This document shows, in pieces, positions 19,822 to 30,081 of a DNA stretch of 64,000 bases. The position numbers were made by a program, and so were the translations under genes. This DNA comes from a virus. Position 1 is the stretch's first letter, and the number at the start of each line of letters is the position of its first letter. The notes under the pieces were generated by a model. The model had not been told where the DNA came from. It saw only the letters and a list, made by a program, of their open reading frames with translations, and made no database searches. The DNA lies in the IMG/VR virus record IMGVR_UViG_3300025617_000006; one strand, 5' to 3'.

Positions 19822-20654
19822 CAAACGGTGTACTATTATTTGCATATAACAACGAACAAATAGATTATGTTGCGCAAGCATGTTATCTATCAAATCGTAT
19901 TTTGCAGTATATGGGATTACCAACTACATTAGTTACTGATGATGTAGCAAGGGTTAGAGAACACTATAACGGTGATGAAATTTTTGATAATATTATTGAA
20001 GTTTCGTCTGAACTTCATAACAAGAAACGATATAATGACGGTGCGTTGTCTGAAAAGGTTTTAGATTTTAAAAACTTCAATAGAGACAATGCATATGCAG
20101 TGTCTCCTTACGACAACACTCTTGTATTAGACACTGATTATATTATATCTAACGATATGTTATTAAATTGTTTCAATAGTAAACACGATTTAATGATGTA
20201 TACGAGTAGTAATGATATTTCAGGCTGGAGAGATACTAGTGAATTTAGTTTAATAAGCGAAACAAGTATTAAGTTTTATTGGGCAACATGTGTATTTTTT
20301 AAGAAGACCGAATCAAATAAAATTTTCTTTAATCTAATTACACACATTAAAGAAAATTATGAACATTATCGAAATCTTTATCAGATAACAACCAAAGTTT
20401 TTAGAAATGATTTTGCATTTAGTATTGCAGTTCATATTATGTCAGGGTATACTGATAATTTTGTTGCAGAATTACCAGGTAATATGATTTACAGTACATC
20501 AAAGGATATATTAGAAAATATTAAAGATAATGAATTAACATTTCTTGTTGAAAAAGAAAATAGAGTAGGAGAATATACTTTATTAAAATCAACAGGCTTA
20601 AATGTACATGTTATGAATAAGTTTAGTTTAGGAAGGAAAATAGCCAATGCCTAA
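19818..20654 (+). CDS. GT-A fold glycosyltransferase-like protein (GT8-like)
   Basis: SPYDNTLVLDTD (DxD) motif; paralog of the next gene. Confidence 0.65.
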   Translation: MTNGVLLFAYNNEQIDYVAQACYLSNRILQYMGLPTTLVTDDVARVREHYNGDEIFDNIIEVSSELHNKKRYNDGALSEKVLDFKNFNRDNAYAVSPYDNTLVLDTDYIISNDMLLNCFNSKHDLMMYTSSNDISGWRDTSEFSLISETSIKFYWATCVFFKKTESNKIFFNLITHIKENYEHYRNLYQITTKVFRNDFAFSIAVHIMSGYTDNFVAELPGNMIYSTSKDILENIKDNELTFLVEKENRVGEYTLLKSTGLNVHVMNKFSLGRKIANA

Positions 20655-21468
20655 CTTTACATTTCTTGCACAAAATAATGAAGACAATTATGTACGTCAG
20701 GCAGAGTTATTAGCCAAGAGTATACGGTTAACAAACCCTAATAGTAAGATTTGTTTAATCACTAATGACAACGTAGAACATAAAGAGTTATTTGATGACA
20801 TTGTACCTATACCATGGGAAGATAAAGCAGACGAACATAAATGGAAAGTGCAAAACAGATGGAAAATTTATCACGCATGTCCATATGAAAACACATTTGT
20901 ATTAGATACTGATATGTTAGTAATGCATGATTTAACATACTGGTGGAAATTAATGCAAAATTATGAAGTGTTTTATACAACTAATGTTACAGATTATAAA
21001 CAATGTAAACCCGATGTAACATATTATAGAAAAATGTTTATTGAAAATAAATTACCTAATACATATGTAGCATTACATTATTTTAAGAAGTCAGATTTTG
21101 CAAAAGAATTTTATACTTGCTTGGAAGAAGTAATGAAACATTGGGAATACTATTATAAAAAATATGCTCCCAAGCGTATGCAAAAATTTTTAAGTGTTGA
21201 TGTTTGTACAGCAATTGTTATGCGTGTATTAGATGTAGAACACAAAGTAACTAATGCAGTAGCACCGTTTCCTAATTTTGTGCATATGAAACCGTATGCA
21301 CAAACATGGAAAACGCAAACAGAAAAATGGCAAGACAGGATTACTTGCTTTGTAGACGATAACAACCAACTAAAGGTAGGCGGCTATTTACAAAAAACAG
21401 TATTTCATTATACTGAAAAGGATTTTACAGATAAATTTTACAATAGATTTTTTAAGGAAGAACAATGA
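20647..21468 (+). CDS. GT-A fold glycosyltransferase-like protein (GT8-like)
   Basis: CPYENTFVLDTDML (DxD), late FVHMK His motif. Confidence 0.65.
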   Translation: MPNFTFLAQNNEDNYVRQAELLAKSIRLTNPNSKICLITNDNVEHKELFDDIVPIPWEDKADEHKWKVQNRWKIYHACPYENTFVLDTDMLVMHDLTYWWKLMQNYEVFYTTNVTDYKQCKPDVTYYRKMFIENKLPNTYVALHYFKKSDFAKEFYTCLEEVMKHWEYYYKKYAPKRMQKFLSVDVCTAIVMRVLDVEHKVTNAVAPFPNFVHMKPYAQTWKTQTEKWQDRITCFVDDNNQLKVGGYLQKTVFHYTEKDFTDKFYNRFFKEEQ

Positions 21469-22037
21469 AGTATTGGACAGAAGTTCCATTAGAGGCCGAC
21501 GCAACGTATGTAGACTTTGATTTGGATACAGGGATTGTTAAAACTATAGGATCTCAAAAAACTTCAGAACATAGTATTCAAGTTGAGTACAATAGTGTAA
21601 AAGATTTGGTTGATGGTAAGGTGTATTTTAAACATTACCGTGTGCAATTTAATCCGACAACAACAATGTATGAACTTGTTAACAAACACGACGAATTATC
21701 GTTTCAGTATAATGTTAACCACAGTTTATATTGTGTACCTAAAACAAGTAAAGCAGACATAATGCTAGTTAAAGATTATAAAAGCCAAAAGTGGAAAATA
21801 AGATACGGCAATGTATTTTCAAAAACGCTAGAAGAAAACAGTGTTACACTACAGACGATCAAACATTTTAGTATAGCAAAGAAAAACGATCCTTATATAT
21901 TATATCGTACACTGAGTTTCAATTTAGCATCTCTAGACTTATGTATAGACTTTAATCACACTGATGCTATAACACTTGAATACGATGTATATACAAGTAA
22001 ACTTTTTAATAGTTATGGAGTAGTAGTAAATGATTAA
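21465..22037 (+). CDS. Hypothetical protein
   Basis: 190-aa ORF overlapping both neighbours, AAGGA SD. Confidence 0.65.
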   Translation: MKYWTEVPLEADATYVDFDLDTGIVKTIGSQKTSEHSIQVEYNSVKDLVDGKVYFKHYRVQFNPTTTMYELVNKHDELSFQYNVNHSLYCVPKTSKADIMLVKDYKSQKWKIRYGNVFSKTLEENSVTLQTIKHFSIAKKNDPYILYRTLSFNLASLDLCIDFNHTDAITLEYDVYTSKLFNSYGVVVND

Positions 22038-22911
22038 AGTCCAAGATGTTGATATAATCTTTTTAAGTTATGACGAACCTAATGCTGAAGAAAACTGGGC
22101 AGACTTAAAACGTAAAGTTCCGTGGGCCAAACGTGTACACGGTGTTGAAGGATCAGATGCGGCACATAAAGCATGTGCTGATTTGTCAGATACAAAACAT
22201 TTTGTTACAGTTGACGGCGATACTATTATTGATCCTAAATTTATTGAAGTTGTTGTAGATACCGATGCTCTTGGAATTACAGACGATCATCAAATAAGTT
22301 GGTGTGGAAAAATTGATGTCAACGGATTAATGTATGGTAATGGCAGTTTAAAAATGTGGACTAAAGATTTTGTTAAAGATATGCGTACACACGAAAACAC
22401 TGATGGCAATGACGAAACAAGTATTGAATTTTGCTATTTCGACAATTACTATCAACTTAACGAAAACTATTCAACAAGTATTATAAGTGCAACTCCGCAA
22501 CAAGCATGGCGTGCTGGGTTCCGTGAAGGTGTTAAAATGTCGTTAGACAGGGGCGCACCAGTAGACGATTTAAATTCTCTATGGTGGCAAAACAAGCACA
22601 GACTTTACATTTGGCAAATGGTAGGATGTGATATTCCAAATGGCATTTGGGCAGTGTATGGTGCAAGGCTTGGTACTTACATGAATATGCTTAGTGATTG
22701 GGATCATACACAAACACGAGATTTTACATATCTAAATAGTTTATGGGAAGAACATAAAGATGTAAAAGTATCTGAAGAATGTAAGGAATTGGGTAAATTA
22801 TTAATTAATGAATTAGACTTACCAATTGCAGTTGTTCCGTTTGATAAATTACAAAGTGAATTTTTTAAGGAAGTATATATTAATAGCGATAGAGTAATTA
22901 GACGTAAATGA
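22030..22911 (+). CDS. GT-A fold glycosyltransferase-like protein
   Basis: IIFLSYDE start, FVTVDGD (DxD), AWRAGFREGVK; paralog of 29389..30081. Confidence 0.6.
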   Translation: MIKVQDVDIIFLSYDEPNAEENWADLKRKVPWAKRVHGVEGSDAAHKACADLSDTKHFVTVDGDTIIDPKFIEVVVDTDALGITDDHQISWCGKIDVNGLMYGNGSLKMWTKDFVKDMRTHENTDGNDETSIEFCYFDNYYQLNENYSTSIISATPQQAWRAGFREGVKMSLDRGAPVDDLNSLWWQNKHRLYIWQMVGCDIPNGIWAVYGARLGTYMNMLSDWDHTQTRDFTYLNSLWEEHKDVKVSEECKELGKLLINELDLPIAVVPFDKLQSEFFKEVYINSDRVIRRK

Positions 22912-24272
22912 GCGAAGTAGATCGAATAAAAGAAATCATGCCGGAGATTGATGCTATTAGTCCAACATTCTGTCTGGCTAAATGGCATCATGTTACTATC
23001 TATTTGCAAACAGGAGAAACACACAGTTGTTATCATCCTGCACCGCATAAAATTCCACTTGAAGGATTGAGTAGTAATCCGAGCCAACTACATAATACTC
23101 CGCAGAAGAAGCAAGAGCGTAAGCAAATGCTAGCCGGTGAAAAGCCAAATGGCTGTCAGTATTGTTGGAATATTGAATGCATGGGCAAAGACTATGTAAG
23201 TGATAGACATATTAAAACAGCAAGTATTCATACACCTGAGCGCATAGAGGAAATTAAAAGTAATCCTTGGGACTATAATATTAATCCGGAATATATCGAA
23301 GTAAATTTTAGTAATGAATGCAACTTTAAATGTGGATATTGTCATCCGAAGTTTAGTAGTAGGTATTTTAACGAAATTAAAAAACATGGTCCGTATAGTA
23401 ATAGTACAGCCCATCGAAACGATATTGATTATTTTGAATTGTTTGAAGAAGATAGTAACCCATATGTCGAAGCATGGTGGAACTGGTGGCCTGACGTAAG
23501 TAAAACTCTTAATATTTTACGAGTTACCGGCGGCGAACCATTAATGCACAAAAGTACATGGAGGTTATTTGAAGAACTTAAACAAAATCCTAAACCCCAT
23601 CTTAATATTGAACTGAATAGTAACATGGGTGTAAAACCAGCACTAGTAGAAAAATTAACTCAAAAAGTTAAAGAGTTACGCGAAGCGAACTGCATTGCTA
23701 GTTTTAAATTATATACTAGCATCGATACTTGGGGAGAACGTGCTGAGTACACTCGCACAGGTTTGGATATTAAGTTATGGGAAAGTAATTTAGATTATTA
23801 TCTTTCTAATACCCCGTGGCCTGTAACATTTATGGTTACATATAACTTATTTGCGGTTACTAGTTTTAAAATGTTATTAGAAAAGATTCTCGAATGGCGC
23901 AAAAAATATAATAACGACAACCAGTCTAAGTGGCAACGTATCCGATTTGATACACCTTACTTAACTGAGCCGATTCAATTTGATATGAACATTCTACCTA
24001 AGGACTTTGCAGTGCATTTAGAAAGCCAATTAGAATATATTAAATCCAACCTTGACAATGCTGACCGTAATAAGTTTAGTGATTTAGAATATGAGCGTTT
24101 GCGCAGGGTTGTTGATTATTTTAAAAATACAGAGTATGATGTAAAAAAATTAACAAACGGACGTAAAAACTTTTATACTTGGTTTAGCGAATATGACAAG
24201 CGCAGGAACACTAGCCTTGTAAAAACATTTCCTGAATTAGAACAGTTTTATAAAACTTGCTCATTATTATAA
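22908..24272 (+). CDS. Radical SAM protein with N-terminal Twitch/SPASM-like Cys cluster
   Basis: CNFKCGYC, TGGEP, N-terminal C...SCYH...CQYC. Confidence 0.9.
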   Translation: MSEVDRIKEIMPEIDAISPTFCLAKWHHVTIYLQTGETHSCYHPAPHKIPLEGLSSNPSQLHNTPQKKQERKQMLAGEKPNGCQYCWNIECMGKDYVSDRHIKTASIHTPERIEEIKSNPWDYNINPEYIEVNFSNECNFKCGYCHPKFSSRYFNEIKKHGPYSNSTAHRNDIDYFELFEEDSNPYVEAWWNWWPDVSKTLNILRVTGGEPLMHKSTWRLFEELKQNPKPHLNIELNSNMGVKPALVEKLTQKVKELREANCIASFKLYTSIDTWGERAEYTRTGLDIKLWESNLDYYLSNTPWPVTFMVTYNLFAVTSFKMLLEKILEWRKKYNNDNQSKWQRIRFDTPYLTEPIQFDMNILPKDFAVHLESQLEYIKSNLDNADRNKFSDLEYERLRRVVDYFKNTEYDVKKLTNGRKNFYTWFSEYDKRRNTSLVKTFPELEQFYKTCSLL

Positions 24273-25273
24273 ATTTTTAAAGCAAGTTTTTGATTATGCA
24301 ATAATACATCGTTCATATCATTAAGAATAATTTTAAGTTCTTCAATGCTATTAGATTTAATATCATCTAATAGATTATAGATTTTTTGTAGTCTGTTGTT
24401 ATGATCTATTTCAATATCATAACTTTCATCAAACCATTTTTCAAATGTTTTAAAACCTAACTTTCGTATGTACTCGAGTGTACTCGGAGGCGCAACACAT
24501 ATAAACGGTCTTTTGTGTATCATTGCATTAACAGTCTTTTCGCTAAAATTTCCTGTTGGTTGATAAAAGCGAGTTTCGTTTGCTATTACACAAAAACTAT
24601 CCTGATAAAACTTTGACAAACTACTAGGTCCTTTTAGTTTTGCATCAGGCCATTTTTTATAAGTTGAATTGGTTGCTTCTAAATCTAAATCAATTGTTAA
24701 TGGCGGGTCGCTAAATGCCCAACTGTAGTAACCGGGTATATCTTTAATATAATTAATTAATGATTCTCTATGTAAACTATAACGCCAGTTTGGGCAGATA
24801 AAATATTTACTAATATTATTATTAATCATCCTAGCACCACCGTTGAATTGATTTCTTAGAAAAATATCAAAACATTTTAATTCAAACGGATACTCTAAAT
24901 AGGTTTTAACATTATAATCGCAAGTGTATACAGTGATATTACAATTTAAGTTTTGTGCAAATTTTGCAATAGAATCTAATTCTTCTGCACGTAAAAATTC
25001 GCCGCCTTTGAATTCGCTAAAGAAGTCTCTGTTATGCGGTTTTCCGTCTTCGTATAATGTTAATGGTTCGTACAGATAGATATCTAATGTTTTTAATTTT
25101 TTAGTAAGTTTGTGGGTTATCGGAAACTTACTAAAATCTATTTTATTTGTACCTGTATAAATCATATAAGGATTAGTTGGTTTCCACTGTTTAAAAAGAT
25201 CTTTAAACATATTACTAGACTTTGGTTTGATTTTACAAGGCATATTCCCCCAAAAAAGATCTTGGGTAAACAT
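24248..25273 (-). CDS. Putative glycosyltransferase-like protein (GT10-like C-terminal motif)
   Basis: FCVIANET...FSEKTVNAMIHKRPF...LGFKTF...DESYD resembles the E-x(n)-(T/S)EK nucleotide-sugar motif of fucosyltransferase-like proteins. Confidence 0.45.
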   Translation of the reverse strand: MFTQDLFWGNMPCKIKPKSSNMFKDLFKQWKPTNPYMIYTGTNKIDFSKFPITHKLTKKLKTLDIYLYEPLTLYEDGKPHNRDFFSEFKGGEFLRAEELDSIAKFAQNLNCNITVYTCDYNVKTYLEYPFELKCFDIFLRNQFNGGARMINNNISKYFICPNWRYSLHRESLINYIKDIPGYYSWAFSDPPLTIDLDLEATNSTYKKWPDAKLKGPSSLSKFYQDSFCVIANETRFYQPTGNFSEKTVNAMIHKRPFICVAPPSTLEYIRKLGFKTFEKWFDESYDIEIDHNNRLQKIYNLLDDIKSNSIEELKIILNDMNDVLLHNQKLALKIYNNEQVL

Positions 25274-25767
25274 TAGAACAATGTGCCTGTTATTTGCAGT
25301 GTATATCTAGGATCAATACCAATGTTACTTGCGGCATGCGGTACGTCAGGATGCCATAATACATACTCTCCTGCTACATAATCTGTAACAGCACGACCAC
25401 CAACTTCGAAGTAGTGTCCTGGCTTCCAGTCTTCTAAAAAAACAATTGCTCGTCTAACATCTTTACGTTGTTGTTTAAACACTCGGCAGTATGTATTAAA
25501 GTGATCAACATGGGTTGGCATAATATCAAGAGTATCCATTCGATAGATTACAAATCCTGTATTATGTAAATTGATCATTTCTGCAACTTTGCTAACCCAG
25601 TCTGGCATTACGTTTCGACTGTCGTACATTTTACCTGTAGTAGTTTCGTGCGTATACCCTTGCTCTCGCCAAGTGTCTGCTTCTTTACCTGTAATAGGTT
25701 GTCTTGTATAATCAAAGTTTTTAAAATCGTCGTTCCATATTTTAGGAACAGTACCTTTATACCACAT
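25273..25767 (-). CDS. 2OG-Fe(II) oxygenase (AspH-like)
   Basis: HVD...PHAASN...PRYTLQ (HxD-H-R). Start placed at ATG 25767; 25779 is possible. Confidence 0.75.
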   Translation of the reverse strand: MWYKGTVPKIWNDDFKNFDYTRQPITGKEADTWREQGYTHETTTGKMYDSRNVMPDWVSKVAEMINLHNTGFVIYRMDTLDIMPTHVDHFNTYCRVFKQQRKDVRRAIVFLEDWKPGHYFEVGGRAVTDYVAGEYVLWHPDVPHAASNIGIDPRYTLQITGTLF

Positions 25768-26725
25768 CACGTTCAACATCCAAAGTTACACAATGAAACC
25801 CGCCACCAAGTGTACGTTGATGTCTCATTGGAAGCATAGCACAATCGATACCTTGTGCTTCTAATGCTTTTCTTAAAGGCACTTGGTTTTCTTCAAGTGC
25901 TACTAACTTACTATTTACACTAAACAAGTTCATATTAATCCAAGTACTTGCATTGCACCATTTAGGATAATGACCGATGTCAACAGGTTCAGGGCACCAT
26001 ATAATATCCCAACTGCGGAATGGTTCTGGTAAATCGTCTTTTGATTTTATTCTACTTGGATTAGCAAGTAATAATCCTTCACGCAAAAAAGCAACAGTGC
26101 TATCAATGTGCATGTAACTATATACATCTTCTAGTAGATGCACTTTTGCTGTGTTACCTAATGCTTCTTGCAACAATACCGAACCTAATTTGTTTCCGCT
26201 ATTACTGACAAGATATAGCACATCATCATTTGCTCTAATAATATTAGCCGCATCAAATGCTGGTTCAAATTCAGTTAGTGCAAGTATATCTTTATTTCCT
26301 ACGCAGTTGGTATTATATAAACCGCTTTCGTGGTAGCAAGGAACTTGAATAGGATTATTCAAATGCTTTTCAAATGCTTTCCATTCACCTTTTCTTGCAC
26401 GAATGGGCATTGGTGTTGCAAGTGTTAACTCACCGTGAATAAACACACTATCTCGCGGACAATAATTATAATAAGCACAATCTGTTTTATCGGGACGAAC
26501 TACGTCAACACCTTGACCTTTTAAAAAGTTTGTAAACGTTTCTAAATCTTCATTTGCTTCGTCGACTACTTGTTGCGGATACAGGCCTTTAATAATTTCA
26601 GTTTCGTCATGTTTGTCTGCAAAGTTTACACATCGCAAACTAATATCTATATCATTAGGAATTTTTGCATTGTCTGCGACTCCTACAATTACCTTGCGGA
26701 GTTGTCCCCATTCGTTTGTATTCAT
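25757..26725 (-). CDS. Amidinotransferase (glycine / scyllo-inosamine-phosphate StrB1 family)
   Basis: NEWGQLRKVIVG, CPRD, FDAAN, MHIDST, LGGGFHCVTLD; Asp-His-Cys triad intact. Confidence 0.9.
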   Translation of the reverse strand: MNTNEWGQLRKVIVGVADNAKIPNDIDISLRCVNFADKHDETEIIKGLYPQQVVDEANEDLETFTNFLKGQGVDVVRPDKTDCAYYNYCPRDSVFIHGELTLATPMPIRARKGEWKAFEKHLNNPIQVPCYHESGLYNTNCVGNKDILALTEFEPAFDAANIIRANDDVLYLVSNSGNKLGSVLLQEALGNTAKVHLLEDVYSYMHIDSTVAFLREGLLLANPSRIKSKDDLPEPFRSWDIIWCPEPVDIGHYPKWCNASTWINMNLFSVNSKLVALEENQVPLRKALEAQGIDCAMLPMRHQRTLGGGFHCVTLDVERDVV

Positions 26726-27306
26726 TTAAACACTTCCATATCTGGCAAGTACGGATAATCTTGGCTAGTCCATAGTTTACCTTGTTTTATTGTTTTTAAT
26801 TTTTCAATACCTAGTTGTGCAGTTTCAGGTGTCATGTAATAATGATAACCTATATGTTTTATGTTTTGTTCTGCCCAGGGCTTATCATCGGTTCTTCCAT
26901 CGTAAGACATACATTTAAGAATATCATAATCTTCTTTAGTGGAACATAAAATTGCTCCACCCCTGCCCAAGTTTAGCATTTTCTTAAATTGAAAACTTAA
27001 ACACATGTATTGTCCGGGCAAGTAACTATTTCTTTTAAAGTTAACAGCGCCGTCGATGATACGTGTGCCTTCTAAAAAATAATATTCACTCCAATTAGTG
27101 TCAACAAAGTTCCAGTTTAGACCAACCTTTGTTAATGTAAACGGAACACTAATATATGTTCGCGCTGGGATCTTAATGTATACTTGCGGACGCAAGTATC
27201 TTAAGCATAACTCAATAGCATGAGTACAACTATCTGTTGCTACAGCATATGGCGCATCATAATAGTCAGCAATTTGTTCTTCAAACTTTCGTACTGTTTC
27301 AAACAT
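26722..27306 (-). CDS. Short DegT/DnrJ/EryC1/StrS-family PLP sugar aminotransferase
   Basis: FEEQIA...YAVATDSCTHA, IIDGA, SFQFKKML.LGRGGAI (PLP Lys), GYHYYM; only 194 aa. Confidence 0.8.
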   Translation of the reverse strand: MFETVRKFEEQIADYYDAPYAVATDSCTHAIELCLRYLRPQVYIKIPARTYISVPFTLTKVGLNWNFVDTNWSEYYFLEGTRIIDGAVNFKRNSYLPGQYMCLSFQFKKMLNLGRGGAILCSTKEDYDILKCMSYDGRTDDKPWAEQNIKHIGYHYYMTPETAQLGIEKLKTIKQGKLWTSQDYPYLPDMEVFK

Positions 27307-27311
27307 AAAAG

Positions 27312-27336
27312 TATTTATATACGCAGATAATAAGTA
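27312..27336. promoter_or_regulatory. Back-to-back divergent late-type promoters
   Basis: Minus strand: exact TATAAATA (27312-27319), 5 nt before ATG 27306. Plus strand: TAAGTA (27331-27336), 5 nt before ATG 27342. Confidence 0.65.
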
Positions 27337-27341
27337 ATAGT

Positions 27342-28559
27342 ATGAGTGAGACTAGGAATATACATATGAGTACTATTGGATTTATTGGAGTTGGCAAACT
27401 TGGAGTGCCATGTGCTGAAGAAATTGTTAAAAAAGGACATGTAGTAAACGGATACGATACTGATAAAATTTCGTCAACATTAATTAACCAACAGCAAACA
27501 ATTAAAGATACAGTACTTGGTGCAGATATTGTATTTGTTGCAGTACCAACACCGCACCACCCAGATTATGATGGCAAACAGCCAACAAGTCATTTAGAAC
27601 CTAAAGACTTTGATTATAGTATTGTTATTGATGTACTTAAAGAAGCAAACAAGCATATGAACAAAGACCAGTTGCTTGTTCTTATTAGCACAGTGTTGCC
27701 GGGAACAACACGCAGAGAATTTGTTCCATTAATTACTAACACACGGTTTGTTTATAATCCGTATCTAATTGCAATGGGTACTGTTGGATGGGATATGATT
27801 AATCCAGAAATGGTAATGATTGGCACTGACGATGGAAGCGAAACTGGCGATGCAAAACAGTTGCGAGATTTTTATGATAGTATTATGGAAAATGATCCGC
27901 GTTATGTTATAGGAACATACGACGAGTGTGAGTGTATCAAAGTCTTTTATAATACATTTATATCTACTAAATTAAGCCTTGTTAATATGATGCAAGATGT
28001 TGCAGAGCGTCAGGGAAATATTAATGTTGATGTAGTAACAGATGCACTTGCACATTCAACACAACGTATTATGAGTCCAATGTATATGACAGCAGGCATG
28101 GGCGACGGCGGCAGTTGCCACCCAAGAGATAATATTGCATTACGTTACATGGCACAACAATTAAATTTAGAATATGATATTTTTGATAGTATTATGACAG
28201 CAAGAGAAGTCCAAGCAAAAAATCTTGCAAAGTATGTTGTTGATATGAAAAACAAATATGGCGGAAGCATCATCTTAAATGGTATTTCATATAAGCCAGG
28301 TGTCCCATACATTGATGGCAGTTATGCACTATTAGTTGACCACTACTTAAAAGACATGGGCGAAAGTGCAATTTATATTGATCCTCTTGCAAGCGAAATG
28401 CCAAGTTCTCAAACTAATATAGGTGGAATTGTGTTACTGTGCCACCCTGAACATTATTTAGATTATAGTACTGATAGTGTAATTATCGATCCGTGGAGGC
28501 GTACTCCAAAAAGTTCCGAGTATATGATTATTCATTATGGGAATACAAGACAACAATGA
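27342..28559 (+). CDS. ugd: UDP-glucose/GDP-mannose family 6-dehydrogenase
   Basis: GFIGVGKLG, FVAVPTP, STVLPGTT, IKVFYN, GDGGSCHPRD (catalytic Cys). Alternative start at 27366 with AGGA SD. Confidence 0.9.
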   Translation: MSETRNIHMSTIGFIGVGKLGVPCAEEIVKKGHVVNGYDTDKISSTLINQQQTIKDTVLGADIVFVAVPTPHHPDYDGKQPTSHLEPKDFDYSIVIDVLKEANKHMNKDQLLVLISTVLPGTTRREFVPLITNTRFVYNPYLIAMGTVGWDMINPEMVMIGTDDGSETGDAKQLRDFYDSIMENDPRYVIGTYDECECIKVFYNTFISTKLSLVNMMQDVAERQGNINVDVVTDALAHSTQRIMSPMYMTAGMGDGGSCHPRDNIALRYMAQQLNLEYDIFDSIMTAREVQAKNLAKYVVDMKNKYGGSIILNGISYKPGVPYIDGSYALLVDHYLKDMGESAIYIDPLASEMPSSQTNIGGIVLLCHPEHYLDYSTDSVIIDPWRRTPKSSEYMIIHYGNTRQQ

Positions 28560-29401
28560 GATACTTAAAACACGAACCTTTACTATATTTTGCTGAAACT
28601 GCCGGTAACACACTTGCATGGTATTGCTCTGACGACAAAAAAAATTATAAAAAAATGGATAGTCCAAAATGGCAATATCATAATAGTGCTGGGAACTTAT
28701 TATACAAGTTTAATCGTTTAGGATATCGTACAGTTGAATTAGACAATTTGCCTAAAGATTACATCCTAGTATTTGGGTGTAGTTATACTGAAGGTGTTGG
28801 TCTGTATGATAATGAAATTTGGTGTCACAGGTTAGGAAATGAGTTAGGAATTCCTATTGTAAATTTAGCAAAGGCAGGCACAGGCCCAGACATTCTTAAT
28901 TTTAATACCCAACTGTTTATTAAAAATAACTTTGCAAAACCCCGTGCGGTAATTAATCAGTGGCCACAAGTTAATCGCAAGACGTTTGGTTATATGCACA
29001 AAGAAGGATTAAGATTAGAAGATAGAAATGTACACTGTATTGAAGCGTTAGATGATGATGACCCGACGAGGAGGTACGAACTACTAGACTCCAAATGGTA
29101 CTTTAAACGTTGGGCAATGGAAGAAGGTCAGCAAGAATATGAAGGTGCAGTTCATATTAACAGTGTTACTAATATATGGAATGCATATAACATTCCTGTA
29201 TTAAATTGGACTTTTGACTCAGATTATAAAACACGATTTAACACTAATCTTTATAAATCAGTTACATTAGCACACAATGAAATTTACGGTACTGATAAAA
29301 AGATTTTGATTGATAGAGCAAGAGATAACGCACATGACGGGCCTGATATTCATAATCAAGTTGTAGAACAACTAAGAGACGATATAACATGTATGATATA
29401 G
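28556..29401 (+). CDS. SGNH/GDSL-like hydrolase or acyltransferase
   Basis: VFGCSYTEG block I, NLAKAG block II, RDNAHDG (DxxH). ATGA-coupled to ugd, so start at 28556. Confidence 0.55.
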   Translation: MRYLKHEPLLYFAETAGNTLAWYCSDDKKNYKKMDSPKWQYHNSAGNLLYKFNRLGYRTVELDNLPKDYILVFGCSYTEGVGLYDNEIWCHRLGNELGIPIVNLAKAGTGPDILNFNTQLFIKNNFAKPRAVINQWPQVNRKTFGYMHKEGLRLEDRNVHCIEALDDDDPTRRYELLDSKWYFKRWAMEEGQQEYEGAVHINSVTNIWNAYNIPVLNWTFDSDYKTRFNTNLYKSVTLAHNEIYGTDKKILIDRARDNAHDGPDIHNQVVEQLRDDITCMI

Positions 29402-30081
29402 TTTTTATTAGTTACGGCGAAACTAATGCTGATAACAACTGGGAAATGTTAAAAAACCAATTTCCGATGGCTAAGCGTATTAAAGATGTAGAAGGTATAC
29501 ATCAAGCACATATTGCAGGAGCAAAAAAGTGCTTTACTAAGATGTTTTGGGTTGTAGACGGCGATGCAGAACTTTCAACAGGATTCCAATTTGATCACGA
29601 AGTATCAGAATGGGATTTAGAAACAGTACATGTATGGAGAAGTTTAAATCCAGTAAACGATTTAGAATACGGATACGGCGGTGTTAAATTACTTCCGAGA
29701 AAACTTACCCTTGATATGGACATTTCAAAACCTGATATGACTACAAGTATTAGTGATAAATTTAAGGCAATGCCTGAAATATCAAACATTACTGCATTTA
29801 ATACAGATGAGTTTAGTGCATGGAGAAGCGCATTTAGAGAATGTGTTAAATTAGCAAGTAGAACAATCAACGGACAAGTTCTTGCCGAAACTGAATCAAG
29901 ACTTGAAACATGGTGTACAGTTGCTAATGAAGGTGTTGCGTTTGGCAATTATGTTTTACATGGCGCACAAGTAGGAAAGCATTTTGGAACTGTGCATAAA
30001 GACAATCCTGAAATGTTAAAATTAATTAATAACTTTAGTTGGTTGGAAGAACAATTTAATGACTACGCCGATTCCGTTTAA
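29389..30081 (+). CDS. GT-A fold glycosyltransferase-like protein
   Basis: IVFISYGE, FWVVDGD, GYGGVKL, AWRSAFRECVKL; paralog of 22030. Confidence 0.6.
   Translation: MYDIVFISYGETNADNNWEMLKNQFPMAKRIKDVEGIHQAHIAGAKKCFTKMFWVVDGDAELSTGFQFDHEVSEWDLETVHVWRSLNPVNDLEYGYGGVKLLPRKLTLDMDISKPDMTTSISDKFKAMPEISNITAFNTDEFSAWRSAFRECVKLASRTINGQVLAETESRLETWCTVANEGVAFGNYVLHGAQVGKHFGTVHKDNPEMLKLINNFSWLEEQFNDYADSV

Noticed and set aside
25757-26725. Amidinotransferase as the archaeosine (dG+) synthase for the folE/queE pathway
   Set aside because: Known archaeosine formation uses ArcS, Gat-QueC or QueF-like enzymes. This is an Arg-dependent pentein enzyme lying ~34 kb away among sugar genes.
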